Below, piece after piece: positions 47,754-57,807 of a stretch of DNA of 64,000 nt; the stretch's first letter is position 1, and the number at the start of each line of letters is the position of its first letter. The stretch lies in contig OZ244207.1 in NCBI GenBank assembly GCA_965216875.1, forward strand, positions 6,720,001 through 6,784,000, written 5' to 3'. This DNA is from Rubripirellula sp. Its GTDB lineage: Bacteria; Planctomycetota; Planctomycetia; Pirellulales; Pirellulaceae. The translations under genes and the position numbers were made by a program. The notes under the pieces were generated by a model. It had not been told where the DNA came from and ran no database searches. It saw only the letters and a list, made by a program, of their open reading frames with translations.

Positions 47754-50700
47754 CTAAGGAGTCGTGATGGCTTCGTCGGTATTCATGAGGGCACGCGCGA
47801 CAAGCATCCACGGATTCTTGTGGTCTTGATGTTGATGGTAAAACGCGACGATCGGATCGAGCTCTTCGGCGCTGGGAGTGCGAACGAGAACTTGGCGAAA
47901 CATCCGAGTTGCAATCGTTTTGGGCGATGCGTCGGCATCACAGTGGCGTAGGACCGATTCGGCCATTCCATGAGCAATTTCGATGTACATCGCATCGTTC
48001 ATCAAAGTGAGAGCTTGCAGTGGTGTCGTGCTGCGATCACGTCGGGCAATACACAGTTCACCGGTGGGTCCATCAAAGGTTGTGAAGGCCGCAAAGGGCG
48101 CGGTCCGTTTGCTGAAGGTGTAGAGCGACCGACGATAGCGGTCGGCGCCTTGGGAGACTTGCCATTTGGGACTGCCGTAAGCAAGCTGCGTCACCGATGC
48201 TGGCTGGGGCGGGTAAACCGAAGCGCCACCCACTTTTCGGGTCAGCATTTCCGACGCCGACAGAAGTGCGTCGCGAATCCGTTCGGCATCGTAGCGGCGG
48301 TGTGGAAAACGCGACAGCAAACGATTGGCGGGATCGATTTCAGCTCCCGAGCTGATCGCATGTTGGCCGCCCGATGGTCGGCCGATTGATTGTTGATAGA
48401 CGGATGACAAAACGATCTGGCGATGCAACCGTTTCAATGACCATCCGTGCTTGCGAAGGTCAACGGCCAACCAATCAAGCAACTCGGGGTGCGACGGCGG
48501 TTCGCTTTGCGTCCCAAAATCCCCGGCGGTACGAACGATTCCGCTGCCAAAGAACTCACGCCATGCCCGATTGGCGGTGACACGCGCGACCAATGGATTG
48601 CGATCACTGACAAGCCATTTTGCCAGCGAGAGCCGGTCGCTTGGCAGCGAGGCATCGATCGGCGGAAACACGGCCGGGACGGCAGCCGCGACCACTTCTT
48701 TGGCTTTCAGGTATTCACCACGGTGGTGTCGACGCGTGACGCGGTGGTCGGCCGGATCGCGTTGTTGCAGACCGAGCGTGCGGACGGGTTTGGGAATTTG
48801 CTTTTTGAACGCTTCGATCGGTTTGCGTTCGGACTTGAACTTTGGCGAGGTCTGTACAAAGTGTCGACGTAGTCCCTCGAAGATGTCGTCCGAAGCGATG
48901 GGATCGGCGCCCGTTTTTGCGACCGCATTGATCTGTTCGTCCAGTTCCTGGGGCAACTTCATTGCGGTCGTCGGTTCACCAGCCGTGACGGCGATTCGGA
49001 AATGACCAAGCGCGGCGGCGAAGTGACGCTCGAACAACAGTTCGACTTCGACCGTGTGTTTACCGGCGATCGGCTCAGCAAAGTTGACGACCAAGCGGCT
49101 GGCTTGGCCTTCCTTGTCCGACGTGGACCAACCGGTTGAGCCTTCGCCATCAATGACGTTCGCGGCGTCTGCTTTGCCCGACCCAACACTGATCTTTCCG
49201 TAACTGTGCGATGGGTGCTCGAGTTGGATGAGTTCTCCGTCAACGCGAATCACCAATTCGCTTAGGAAGAAATCGCCGCGTCGGCCTTCGTAAAACGCCA
49301 TCCCTGGACCGCCGGCAGGCAGCGAGTCGTGTGGGAGTGCTTCCAGGCGCAGTGCTGAGAGGGGTTCTTGGGCATCGACATCGAACGACAGTTTGAAGAC
49401 ATCCCGTTTGGTCACATCGCCGCTGGCAAGGATCGAGTCATCGTCGAGCAGAGTGAGCTTGGGCATCGTGGATGTCATCTCGGATGGTCGCAGCGTATTC
49501 CAAACGCGAATCAGCCTTGCTTGTTCGTCGATCCATTTAGCGAATGCCTGGTGAAGCGGGTCGTCACTGTTGGTGCGTGCATCGTCGAGCGTTTTGGGGA
49601 GTCGGCTGGCCAACCGGTCGACTTCGTTCTCGATCTTTTGCTCTAGCTCACGTTGAGTTTGTTCGGCGACCGGATCAGGAACCACGACATCGGGTTCGTC
49701 TGCATTGTTGAGCAGCGCGAACAGGGCGTAGTAGTCGGTGTGGGTGATTGGATCGTATTTGTGCGTGTGACACTGGGCGCATCCAGTGGTCAAGCCAAGC
49801 CACACCGTGCCGGTGGTGGCGACTCGGTCGACCATGGCATAGAAGCGGTACTCGTTGGGGTCGATGCCACCCTCTTCGTTGATCATCGTGTTGCGATGAA
49901 AGCCGGTTGCGATTCGGCTGGCGGCAGTTGCATCACGCAACATATCGCCCGCGAGTTGATGAATCGAAAACTGATCAAAGGGCATGTCGCTTGCGAGTGC
50001 GCGGATGACCCAGTCGCGATAGGGCCAAATGGTTCGCGGACGATCCTTTTCATAACCGTTTGTGTCGGCGTAGCGCGCCAGATCGAGCCATGGACGTGCG
50101 AATCGTTCGGCGTATTCGGGCGACGCGAGTAACTGATCAACAAGTCGACGATAAGCCATCGGGTGATCGTCGTTGACAAACCGGTCCACTTCTTCGGGCG
50201 TTGGGGTGATTCCCACCAGGTCCATGTACACGCGGCGAATGAGCTGTGTCTTGTTGGCCGGTTTGGCTGGCTCGAGTTTCGCTGAGGCTAAGCGATTGGC
50301 AACGAAGCGATCAATTGGTCCCCGACACCAATCGTCCGCAACAAGGTTGGGAATCGCAGGCGACCTTGGCGGCAAAAACGCCCAGTGCGTTTGGTATTCG
50401 GCACCACTGTTGATCCAACGTTTGAGGATGTCGATTTCTTTTGCGCTCAGTGGCGGATGCGAGTCGGCCGGCGGCATCCGCATCGATTCGTCGTCGCTCG
50501 TGACCCGTGCAAACACTTCGCTTGAATCGGCGTCACCCGGTTGCAGCAGATCACGCGCGTCCTCGGCGGCAATGTCCAGACGCAGGTCGGCTTCGCGTGC
50601 GTCACCGTCGGGGCCGTGACAGGTGAAGCAGTGTTTGGCAAGGATCGGACGTACTTCGCGGCCAAAACTGGGCGGGGCAGCAGTCTGCCCGAGCGTGGGC

Positions 50701-50777
50701 GGGTCCGCTGCGTGGCCGAGCGTGGGAAGCGTCACCATCAGGGCAACGGCGAACGAAAAGAGCGACAGGTGACGCAT
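47754..50777 (-). CDS. PSD1 / planctomycete cytochrome c protein (PSCyt1 + DUF1549 + DUF1553)
   Basis: CFTCHG, HWAF, WLDLARYADTNG, CAQCHTHKYDP, HPELLDWLA, TPLQAL; ATG 50777. Confidence 0.95.
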   Translation of the reverse strand: MRHLSLFSFAVALMVTLPTLGHAADPPTLGQTAAPPSFGREVRPILAKHCFTCHGPDGDAREADLRLDIAAEDARDLLQPGDADSSEVFARVTSDDESMRMPPADSHPPLSAKEIDILKRWINSGAEYQTHWAFLPPRSPAIPNLVADDWCRGPIDRFVANRLASAKLEPAKPANKTQLIRRVYMDLVGITPTPEEVDRFVNDDHPMAYRRLVDQLLASPEYAERFARPWLDLARYADTNGYEKDRPRTIWPYRDWVIRALASDMPFDQFSIHQLAGDMLRDATAASRIATGFHRNTMINEEGGIDPNEYRFYAMVDRVATTGTVWLGLTTGCAQCHTHKYDPITHTDYYALFALLNNADEPDVVVPDPVAEQTQRELEQKIENEVDRLASRLPKTLDDARTNSDDPLHQAFAKWIDEQARLIRVWNTLRPSEMTSTMPKLTLLDDDSILASGDVTKRDVFKLSFDVDAQEPLSALRLEALPHDSLPAGGPGMAFYEGRRGDFFLSELVIRVDGELIQLEHPSHSYGKISVGSGKADAANVIDGEGSTGWSTSDKEGQASRLVVNFAEPIAGKHTVEVELLFERHFAAALGHFRIAVTAGEPTTAMKLPQELDEQINAVAKTGADPIASDDIFEGLRRHFVQTSPKFKSERKPIEAFKKQIPKPVRTLGLQQRDPADHRVTRRHHRGEYLKAKEVVAAAVPAVFPPIDASLPSDRLSLAKWLVSDRNPLVARVTANRAWREFFGSGIVRTAGDFGTQSEPPSHPELLDWLAVDLRKHGWSLKRLHRQIVLSSVYQQSIGRPSGGQHAISSGAEIDPANRLLSRFPHRRYDAERIRDALLSASEMLTRKVGGASVYPPQPASVTQLAYGSPKWQVSQGADRYRRSLYTFSKRTAPFAAFTTFDGPTGELCIARRDRSTTPLQALTLMNDAMYIEIAHGMAESVLRHCDADASPKTIATRMFRQVLVRTPSAEELDPIVAFYHQHQDHKNPWMLVARALMNTDEAITTP

Positions 50778-50882
50778 ACGGTGGAAAACTACCGGCGGAA
50801 AGGGGCGAGAGCGTTGAGGCGGGACTCCCATTCTAGCCGCTCGGAGCACGTTGGTCCGAAAAGAATGGAACGAGATATTCTT

Positions 50883-50962
50883 GTGAGCCGAACGCGCTAG
50901 CGTCGGGCCCTACACTCTTTGTTTGCAACCCGTTCGTAGCCCCGAGCTTTAGCCGGAATCTT
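50883..50962 (+). repeat. REP family B (50883-50909) and family F (50936-50962)
   Basis: GTGAGCCGAACGCGCTAGCGTCGGGCC; GTAGCCCCGAGCTTTAGCCGGAATCTT. Confidence 0.88.
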
Positions 50963-50989
50963 TCTACAGTTGGGCTCATTCTTGCGGCA

Positions 50990-51958
50990 CTAGTTCTGTG
51001 CTTGTCTGGCCTCGACGGCGCCGCCGTAGATCTCGTGTGCCACCAAGGTGATCATCCCGAAGATCAAAGGCAGGATGTAATAAAGAATGCGGAAGATCAG
51101 CACCGAGGCGACGATTGCACCGCCCACCTGGTCGCGCAGCAGCGCGATGATGATCACCTCGAGTACACCAAGTCCACCGGGAACCTGAGTGACAAGCGAG
51201 ATGGCAATTGCGATCAGGTAAGCGGCCAAGACCGTCGGGAAGGTGACCGCGGCGTCGGCTGGCATCACCAAATAGAGTGCGGTTGCGGAGATCAAAAGGT
51301 CGACCGCCGCTACCGACGCTTGGACGGACATCAATCCGGGATCAGGCGGCAGCAGATGCAGTTCGCCGATCGGCCACGGCTTTCGCCAAACGGCACAGAT
51401 GACGGCGTAGCCAATCGCCAGCGACAATAGAATCACGCCGAGTGTTTTCGCACCAAAGGGAATCGTGATCTGGGCACCGGCGGGAAGGTTCAAGACTTCG
51501 GGCAGTTCAAAGGGAACGCTGACCAGCACGATTCCGCCCAGGAACCAAACACCGCTCCAAAAGGTCAGGCCGAGCGCTGAGATAAGCACGACGATTTGAC
51601 GAGCTTTGAGTCCCCAGCGGCTGTAAAAACGAAACCGTATTGGTGTTCCCGCCAAGAACGTGCCGAGGTTGTTGCCGAGTGAAAAACCAAGAAACGACAC
51701 CAGGGCAACTCGTCGCAGCGGTAACGATCGGCAGACGTATCGAAGCGCCAACAGGTCGTAGGCGATCAAGAGCCCATAGTTGAGGGCGATCAAGAATGCG
51801 GCGGTCGCCAAACACCCGATGGGCACGCCGGTTAGTCCCCGTTTGAATTCGTCCATGTCGATCTGCTGCACCTCGCGATACAACAGATGCATCGCCAGTG
51901 CGAAAAAGACGACGGCCAAAGCGGGGCCAGCCAGCGCACGTAACTTTCGTTTGGCCAA
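50990..51958 (-). CDS. Lysylphosphatidylglycerol synthase TM-region (MprF flippase-like / UPF0104) membrane protein
   Basis: YDLLAL, RFRFYSRWG, VPGGLGVLE, FRILYYILP; no synthase domain. Confidence 0.88.
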   Translation of the reverse strand: MAKRKLRALAGPALAVVFFALAMHLLYREVQQIDMDEFKRGLTGVPIGCLATAAFLIALNYGLLIAYDLLALRYVCRSLPLRRVALVSFLGFSLGNNLGTFLAGTPIRFRFYSRWGLKARQIVVLISALGLTFWSGVWFLGGIVLVSVPFELPEVLNLPAGAQITIPFGAKTLGVILLSLAIGYAVICAVWRKPWPIGELHLLPPDPGLMSVQASVAAVDLLISATALYLVMPADAAVTFPTVLAAYLIAIAISLVTQVPGGLGVLEVIIIALLRDQVGGAIVASVLIFRILYYILPLIFGMITLVAHEIYGGAVEARQAQN

Positions 51959-52313
51959 TGCTAATTCACGAAATGGGGAACGGTTCAGGCCTCAAGCGCC
52001 GATGCTCAGGCAGGGTGTGGACCGGGTTCGAGGTCTTTTGGCTCGAAACGTCCTCAGGGACCTTAGGTGTTCGGGCAGCTGTGAGTTTTGATGCCGCACG
52101 TTTGGGGCGTATTCTCGACTTCTTGGCCCAATCGGCAAGCGGTGACCGAATCGCCCTGTTTTTACCCTGCTAGTCGAACCGGCCATTTTGCACGAAAACT
52201 ACACCTGCATCAGGCTCAAAGAGCCTTCCGATGCCGTATTCGTCGGCCCATTTTGAAAATGGGCCGATCATCACGGGTCCATCTTCGCACATCATTTTTC
52301 AAACGTTATCGAC

Positions 52314-53705
52314 ATGAAAACGGCTCGACACGAACTCGTTGTTCTCGGTGGGGGTCCCGCAGGATATGTGGCGGCCATTCGGGCGGCTCAGCTTGGCATT
52401 GATGTTGCCTGTATCGACGAAAACCCTCGGTTTGGCGGGACGTGCTTGCGTGTCGGTTGTATTCCCAGCAAGGCGTTGTTGGAATCAAGTCACCTCTACG
52501 AACAGGCCAAAAAGAAACTCTCGGGTCATGGTATCCAGGTTGGCAATGTCCACTTAGAGCTCGACGTGTTGATGGCACGCAAGAATTCGATTGTTGACGG
52601 TTTGACCGGTGGAATTGACCAGCTGTTCAAGGAGCGTGGTGTGACGGCGTATCACGGACGCGGTCGCTTTCGGGATGTCAGCACGATTGCGGTCGAAGGA
52701 GATGAACCGATCGCGATTGAGGCCGATCAGGTGCTCGTGTGCGCCGGCAGTCGACCCGCAAAGCTGCGCGGTGTCGAAGAGGATGACGATCGGGTTGGCA
52801 ACAGCACCACTGCACTTTCCTTTCCCGACATTCCCAAACGTTTGGTGGTGATCGGCGGCGGCTACATCGGACTTGAGCTCGGTAGCGTTTGGAACCGATT
52901 GGGCAGCGAAGTGATCGTGCTCGAAGCGCTCGATCGAATCTTGCCCGGTATCGACTCGGACATCGCCAAATTGGCGCATCGTGAATTCAAGAAACAAGGA
53001 ATCGAGTTTCATACCAGCACGTTTGTTGAATCGGCCAAGCGAGACGAAGACGGATGTTTGGTCAAAATCAAAGACGGCGAACCGATTCGGTGCGATCGAG
53101 TCTTGCTGGCGACCGGACGCACGCCAGCCACGGATGACCTTGGGCTCGAGTCGATTGGGTTGGAAACCGATCGTCATGGATTCATCGCCGTCAACGAACA
53201 TTTTGAAACTTCGGTCGAGAGTGTCTACGCAATCGGTGATTGCATCGGTGGTGCGATGTTGGCGCACAAAGCGATGGAAGAAGCGATCGTTTGCGTCGAA
53301 CAGATGGTTGGCATGGGCAGCCATATGAACTACGACGTCATCCCAGCGGTCGTTTACACCCACCCCGAGATCGCGTCGGTCGGTCAAACGGAAGACCAAC
53401 TCAAGGAAGCGGGTGTCGCCTACAACAAGGGGATCAGCCCTTTCATTGCCAACGGACGGGCTCGCACGCTTGGTGATACCGATGGTCGTGTGAAAATCTT
53501 GGCCGACAAGGCGACTGACCGCGTGCTTGGCGTTCACATCATTGGCGGTCGGGCTGGCGACATGATCGCCGAGGCGGCATCGGCAATGGAATTCGGAGCA
53601 AGCAGCGAAGACATCGCGCGTACGTGCCATGCTCATCCGACGCTTTCCGAAGCCATGCACGAAGCGGCGCTTGCAGTCGACAAACGCCCCATTCACCACA
53701 CGTAG
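52314..53705 (+). CDS. lpdA: Dihydrolipoyl dehydrogenase
   Basis: GGGPAGY, GGTCLRVGCIPSK, GGGYIGLE, MLAHKA, HAHPTLSE. Confidence 0.96.
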   Translation: MKTARHELVVLGGGPAGYVAAIRAAQLGIDVACIDENPRFGGTCLRVGCIPSKALLESSHLYEQAKKKLSGHGIQVGNVHLELDVLMARKNSIVDGLTGGIDQLFKERGVTAYHGRGRFRDVSTIAVEGDEPIAIEADQVLVCAGSRPAKLRGVEEDDDRVGNSTTALSFPDIPKRLVVIGGGYIGLELGSVWNRLGSEVIVLEALDRILPGIDSDIAKLAHREFKKQGIEFHTSTFVESAKRDEDGCLVKIKDGEPIRCDRVLLATGRTPATDDLGLESIGLETDRHGFIAVNEHFETSVESVYAIGDCIGGAMLAHKAMEEAIVCVEQMVGMGSHMNYDVIPAVVYTHPEIASVGQTEDQLKEAGVAYNKGISPFIANGRARTLGDTDGRVKILADKATDRVLGVHIIGGRAGDMIAEAASAMEFGASSEDIARTCHAHPTLSEAMHEAALAVDKRPIHHT

Positions 53706-53718
53706 ACGGCCCAACGCC

Positions 53719-53910
53719 GCTACGCTCGCCAAAGCGTGGGAGTTTTTGAGTTCGGCCAACCAAGTTCGTAGTCCCGAGCTTTAGCCGGAATCTTCGCAAG
53801 CGCAACCCGCAGAGAGTGCCGTAGCGACGCTCGCCAGAGCGTGGGATTGGCGAAGAGCGGTTTGCCAACACGGACCACCGTCTCGCCAACGGAGCCTGAA
53901 GCCGGAATCT
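53719..53910 (+). repeat. REP mosaic: family A (53719-53740, 53819-53845), family F (53768-53794, partial near 53895)
   Basis: GCTACGCTCGCCAAAGCGTGGG; CCGTAGCGACGCTCGCCAGAGCGTGGG; GTAGTCCCGAGCTTTAGCCGGAATCTT. Confidence 0.85.
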
Positions 53911-54051
53911 GAACACGTGTCCGCCTACACGCCGGCGCGACGACGTTCATGATCAAAGCGCCAAGTTCCAGCGCTCCCATTTCCTGCGTCTTGAGCCGTT
54001 ATCATGGTGGAGCTTCGGCCTGCATTTGTATGAATTGAACTGGAGATAGGA

Positions 54052-54636
54052 ATGTCTAACGATCCCTTCGCGCCCCCTCAAGAAGTCTCTAGTCAGGGTG
54101 CGACTGGTCAACGACCCGTTGGCGTCACCGTCTTTGCCATTCTGAATATCATCTTCGGCATCCTGGGTGTGTTGGGGTCGATCTTTACGGCGTTGATGAT
54201 GGCGGTCGGGCCGATGATACCGGCCGGTGGCCCGCCCAATCCCGTCCTCGACATGATGAACGAGAACTTGTTTTACAACGTCTTCTTGTTTGGCTCGTTG
54301 ATCTTGGGTTTCGTTTTTGCCGTCGTCTTGATCGTCGCCGGCAGTGATTTGCTGAAGATGAGGCCGCGTGGCCGGACGCTGTCGATCGTGTATGGCGTCT
54401 ACGCCGTCATCTCTTCGGTTGTTGGAACGCTGGTCAACGTCTTCGTTGTCTTCCTTCCGATGATGGAGCAAGCCCCGAACCAACAGGGCGCGCAAGCGGC
54501 GATGATTGGCGGGATGGTTGGCGGCGCGATCGGCGGCTGCATCGGGTTGATCTACCCTGTTGCTGTCTTGATCTACTTTTTACGCGCACAAACCAAAGCA
54601 GCGTTTGAAGCGGCTGATGCAGCATCAAGGGCGTAG
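54052..54636 (+). CDS. 4-TM membrane protein
   Basis: RPVGVTVFAILNIIFG; four TMs; GGAG before ATG. Confidence 0.85.
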   Translation: MSNDPFAPPQEVSSQGATGQRPVGVTVFAILNIIFGILGVLGSIFTALMMAVGPMIPAGGPPNPVLDMMNENLFYNVFLFGSLILGFVFAVVLIVAGSDLLKMRPRGRTLSIVYGVYAVISSVVGTLVNVFVVFLPMMEQAPNQQGAQAAMIGGMVGGAIGGCIGLIYPVAVLIYFLRAQTKAAFEAADAASRA

Positions 54637-54666
54637 TGATCACAGCGCGTGTTTGCAGCGCGCGGT

Positions 54667-55563
54667 TTAGTTGGCCTGTTCAGGAAAGTCGGCGCGAAAA
54701 CGTTTGATTAACTTGTCGATGTCGGCGGGGACGACATACAGTTTGCCGCGAATCGTCTTCGTTTCGCCTGGGGCGAGACCGCCGATGCGAAAGTCGTTAT
54801 GCAGGCAGGTGATCACGCCCTGAAAAACCTCTTGGTACGGTTGCCAGGCAACCGCAAGGATCATCGATTCATCAGCCGAGAAACATCCTGTAAGTCCACT
54901 CGAAGGGATAATGTTACTCAAGGGGCGCGGGTTCACATCATCACGGTCAACGGTGGCGGGCGCATAGACTTGGCCTGGAACATAGCGTGCTTCGAGTGCC
55001 CATGGCTTGGTCGGCATACGTGTGACGTTGCCGTTAACCATCAAGAAACACTTCTTGATATAGGGCGGGTAAACCTCTCTCGAATTCGCTTTGTCCGTTC
55101 CCGTGAAACGATCGATGCGCATGCAGGGTTGCGCCCAATGTGCCTGCGAAACCTTGTCCGTCGGGTTCGTCGCCTTCAGTTCGAAAGTGACCTCGTCTTT
55201 GCCCGCTTCGATCACGTGATGAACGATCACGCCGTCATCAAGTCGGTCTTCGATCTCGATGCGTTTTCCGTTGGATGTAGCGGAAACGAGCTTGCTCTCG
55301 TGCGGGATGACCGTTTCGTGCCAGTCGCGGTCGGTTGATCCTGGCCGGCAATAGGCTTCAAGGTAATGCGTTCGAATCGGACCACCAGGGATCGAATCAC
55401 CGCGGACCTCCAGGTAACGCTCTGACCAATGAACGGAAAGACCCTGAGCAAAGAGGCTGGTTTGAAGGCTGCCAAGTAGCACCAAGCCCGCCGTCATCAC
55501 CGTCAACGAGAACCAGCGATGCGGTTGCGAATGTAGTAAGCCAAACTGTCGTTCGTTGTTCAT
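54667..55563 (-). CDS. Hypothetical secreted protein
   Basis: Signal peptide ending LFA-Q; HYLEAYCRPGS core; ATG 55563. Confidence 0.75.
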   Translation of the reverse strand: MNNERQFGLLHSQPHRWFSLTVMTAGLVLLGSLQTSLFAQGLSVHWSERYLEVRGDSIPGGPIRTHYLEAYCRPGSTDRDWHETVIPHESKLVSATSNGKRIEIEDRLDDGVIVHHVIEAGKDEVTFELKATNPTDKVSQAHWAQPCMRIDRFTGTDKANSREVYPPYIKKCFLMVNGNVTRMPTKPWALEARYVPGQVYAPATVDRDDVNPRPLSNIIPSSGLTGCFSADESMILAVAWQPYQEVFQGVITCLHNDFRIGGLAPGETKTIRGKLYVVPADIDKLIKRFRADFPEQAN

Positions 55564-55608
55564 GGCTCGCGAAGGTCCTTTCACCTAACAGAGCTACTTT
55601 CAACAGAA

Positions 55609-57807
55609 TCATTGGCCGCGAATTCGGCTGGCAGCTCGTTCGATTGCATTGACGATGACTGCGTTGTTTTGTCTGTCGGCAGCGTAAGGGTGTGATGAAC
55701 AGTGTTTCATTTTGTGCTTCAAAACCCGGTCACCCATTTCGGGGTTTCTGGCTCGCTCGTGCAGCTGGAAGAACATGGCCCAATCGGAGTTTCCGTCGTT
55801 CAACTTGCGACGGACATATTCATCAAAGCCACGTTCGATCCGCTTTGCGTCGTACGAACGCCAACCGCCCGGATGTCGATAGACGTCGAATGTTCGTAAC
55901 GCGACCAATCGAAAGTAGAGCACATCGCCGGACGCCCCTTCGACCATCTTTGAAAGCGACAGAAAGTAGCTCATCACATCACCAAATTCTCCATACCATT
56001 GGGGCAGAAGTTTGTATGCCAATGAAGCGTGGGGGTCGACTTCACCCGGATACAGTTCCATGGCACGGCGGCAGATGCCATCAACCGCTTCGAGTTCGCC
56101 CTGTGTTTCTAACCCGTGCTGAACGGCCAATTCGAAGGCGAGCAGCGGAGGAGTTTCGTGTTTGAGCGCGAGGTCCAAGTCCTCCTTGGTGGCTTGCAGG
56201 AATTCTTGATAACCCTTGTGTCCTTCTTGGGTGATCTCGTGTGCGTACCCACTTCCGCGCGCCCGCCATGCGAGCCGGTAATTCCGTAGGGCACTTGCGG
56301 TCAGCGCGAAGACATCCCCGCTGTCACGCCACTTTTCAAGGTTCTTGAGTGAGTCGCCCTCGGGTTCGTTTTCGTCGAGGTAGCGCCAGTGTTCGCCGAT
56401 ATCGCGGATGATCTCAGAGTAGAGCTCGACGCTTGGTTTGCCAAAGGCAACGCGATTCTGTGATCGAATGATCTTGAGCAGACGAACAATCGTTTCGATA
56501 TCGTCGTTCTTGATCCACTGCGAGAGCCAATATCGATGGCGAAAGGCGATTGGAGAACGATAGACGTCGCGTTTGATAACGGTGATTCCCTCGGAACCAA
56601 GCAGCGCGACGTTGGCGCCGATTCTGCTGTGCGACATCCGCTGGGGTACTTCGTCCAGCACAACCGGTAGCGAGTGGTTTTGCGAGATGGTGCCATGCTC
56701 GAACAGGATGGTTTGCTCGCCGTCGCCTATCCAACGCCGTCCAACGACGAGTAACCAGTTGGTGGCCGGATCATCGGTTGCTTGCGAAACGATCAAAGGC
56801 TGCCAAAGCATTCGGTAACCGCCCGTGCGACGTGGGCCATCCCCATTGGCTTGGGTGAAAAGAATGCCGTCGCCGTCCGCCCAAACATCGGTGTAGGCCC
56901 CACTGGTGACCGAGACTTCGGGAAAGAGTTCAATGGAAGTGTGATCGACGTAATCAACGAGTTGAAAGTTCTGCTGCAAGTACGTGCGAGCACGCCCCTC
57001 TTGGCTGACGCACAATCGCGAGCCATCAGGGCTAAGTCCGACCGAATCAAAGGTTTCGTCACCGACGTTGTAGGCCGAAAAGTACTCAAGCCCTGGGTCA
57101 CCACCAAAGAGTTTTCCGGATTCGGTTCGAATGACCATCGCTTTGTCGTCATCATTGACGATCCACTGGGCGATCGTATCGCCGCAGCCAGGGCTGGTGG
57201 CCATCACAGAACCATCTTTGCTGCTGATTCGAACCAAACGCTCTGCGCTGGCGACCAGAATGTCATTGGTCGAACCGCAGAATCGTACCGCATTGACCGG
57301 CGGATCGGCTGTGGCAAGTTTGCCAGGCAATGCCAAGTGCCCAATCAACGTGCCGTCATTTGCGTTGTAGAGTGCTAGCCCTTTGTCGTCGATTGCGACT
57401 AACCGTTTGCCATCGACCGACATGTCAAATGCTTGGGGACCACGGAATTGTTCGTTCGCAAGCGAGAGAACGACATTGGGTTTTTCTGAGTGGGGTGTGT
57501 ACGCGTGACGAAGGATCTCGCGGGCATGTTCATCGAGGTCCGTTTCATCCCAAGGCACCAAGTCCGCTGCCACTGGGTCGATTGTCTTCAACCGTTCGGA
57601 GAACGATGTCATGTAAGCCATTTGTGGCGGCTTGGCGACAACGTATCCCTCGCGCGTCAAAGGCCAGTCGTAGTTGTTGGGGTTGTCGGCGGTCAGCTCG
57701 ATGGCCGGTATCGTCGGTGAGAAACGAGCGGTGCTGTAGATCGGGTCATTGCACCCGCAGCAACACGCTGTCAACGTCAGCAGGATGAGTTTGCAGGGTC
57801 GACTCAT
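55609..57807 (-). CDS. Lipoprotein with beta-propeller region and DUF4034-like C-terminal domain
   Basis: LTACCCGC lipobox-like; SVDGKRL and SPDGSRL propeller turns; AWRARGSGYA and LLPQWYG. Confidence 0.7.
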   Translation of the reverse strand: MSRPCKLILLTLTACCCGCNDPIYSTARFSPTIPAIELTADNPNNYDWPLTREGYVVAKPPQMAYMTSFSERLKTIDPVAADLVPWDETDLDEHAREILRHAYTPHSEKPNVVLSLANEQFRGPQAFDMSVDGKRLVAIDDKGLALYNANDGTLIGHLALPGKLATADPPVNAVRFCGSTNDILVASAERLVRISSKDGSVMATSPGCGDTIAQWIVNDDDKAMVIRTESGKLFGGDPGLEYFSAYNVGDETFDSVGLSPDGSRLCVSQEGRARTYLQQNFQLVDYVDHTSIELFPEVSVTSGAYTDVWADGDGILFTQANGDGPRRTGGYRMLWQPLIVSQATDDPATNWLLVVGRRWIGDGEQTILFEHGTISQNHSLPVVLDEVPQRMSHSRIGANVALLGSEGITVIKRDVYRSPIAFRHRYWLSQWIKNDDIETIVRLLKIIRSQNRVAFGKPSVELYSEIIRDIGEHWRYLDENEPEGDSLKNLEKWRDSGDVFALTASALRNYRLAWRARGSGYAHEITQEGHKGYQEFLQATKEDLDLALKHETPPLLAFELAVQHGLETQGELEAVDGICRRAMELYPGEVDPHASLAYKLLPQWYGEFGDVMSYFLSLSKMVEGASGDVLYFRLVALRTFDVYRHPGGWRSYDAKRIERGFDEYVRRKLNDGNSDWAMFFQLHERARNPEMGDRVLKHKMKHCSSHPYAADRQNNAVIVNAIERAASRIRGQ

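Noticed and set aside
52554..53759. 401-aa antisense ORF
   Set aside because: Shadow of lpdA
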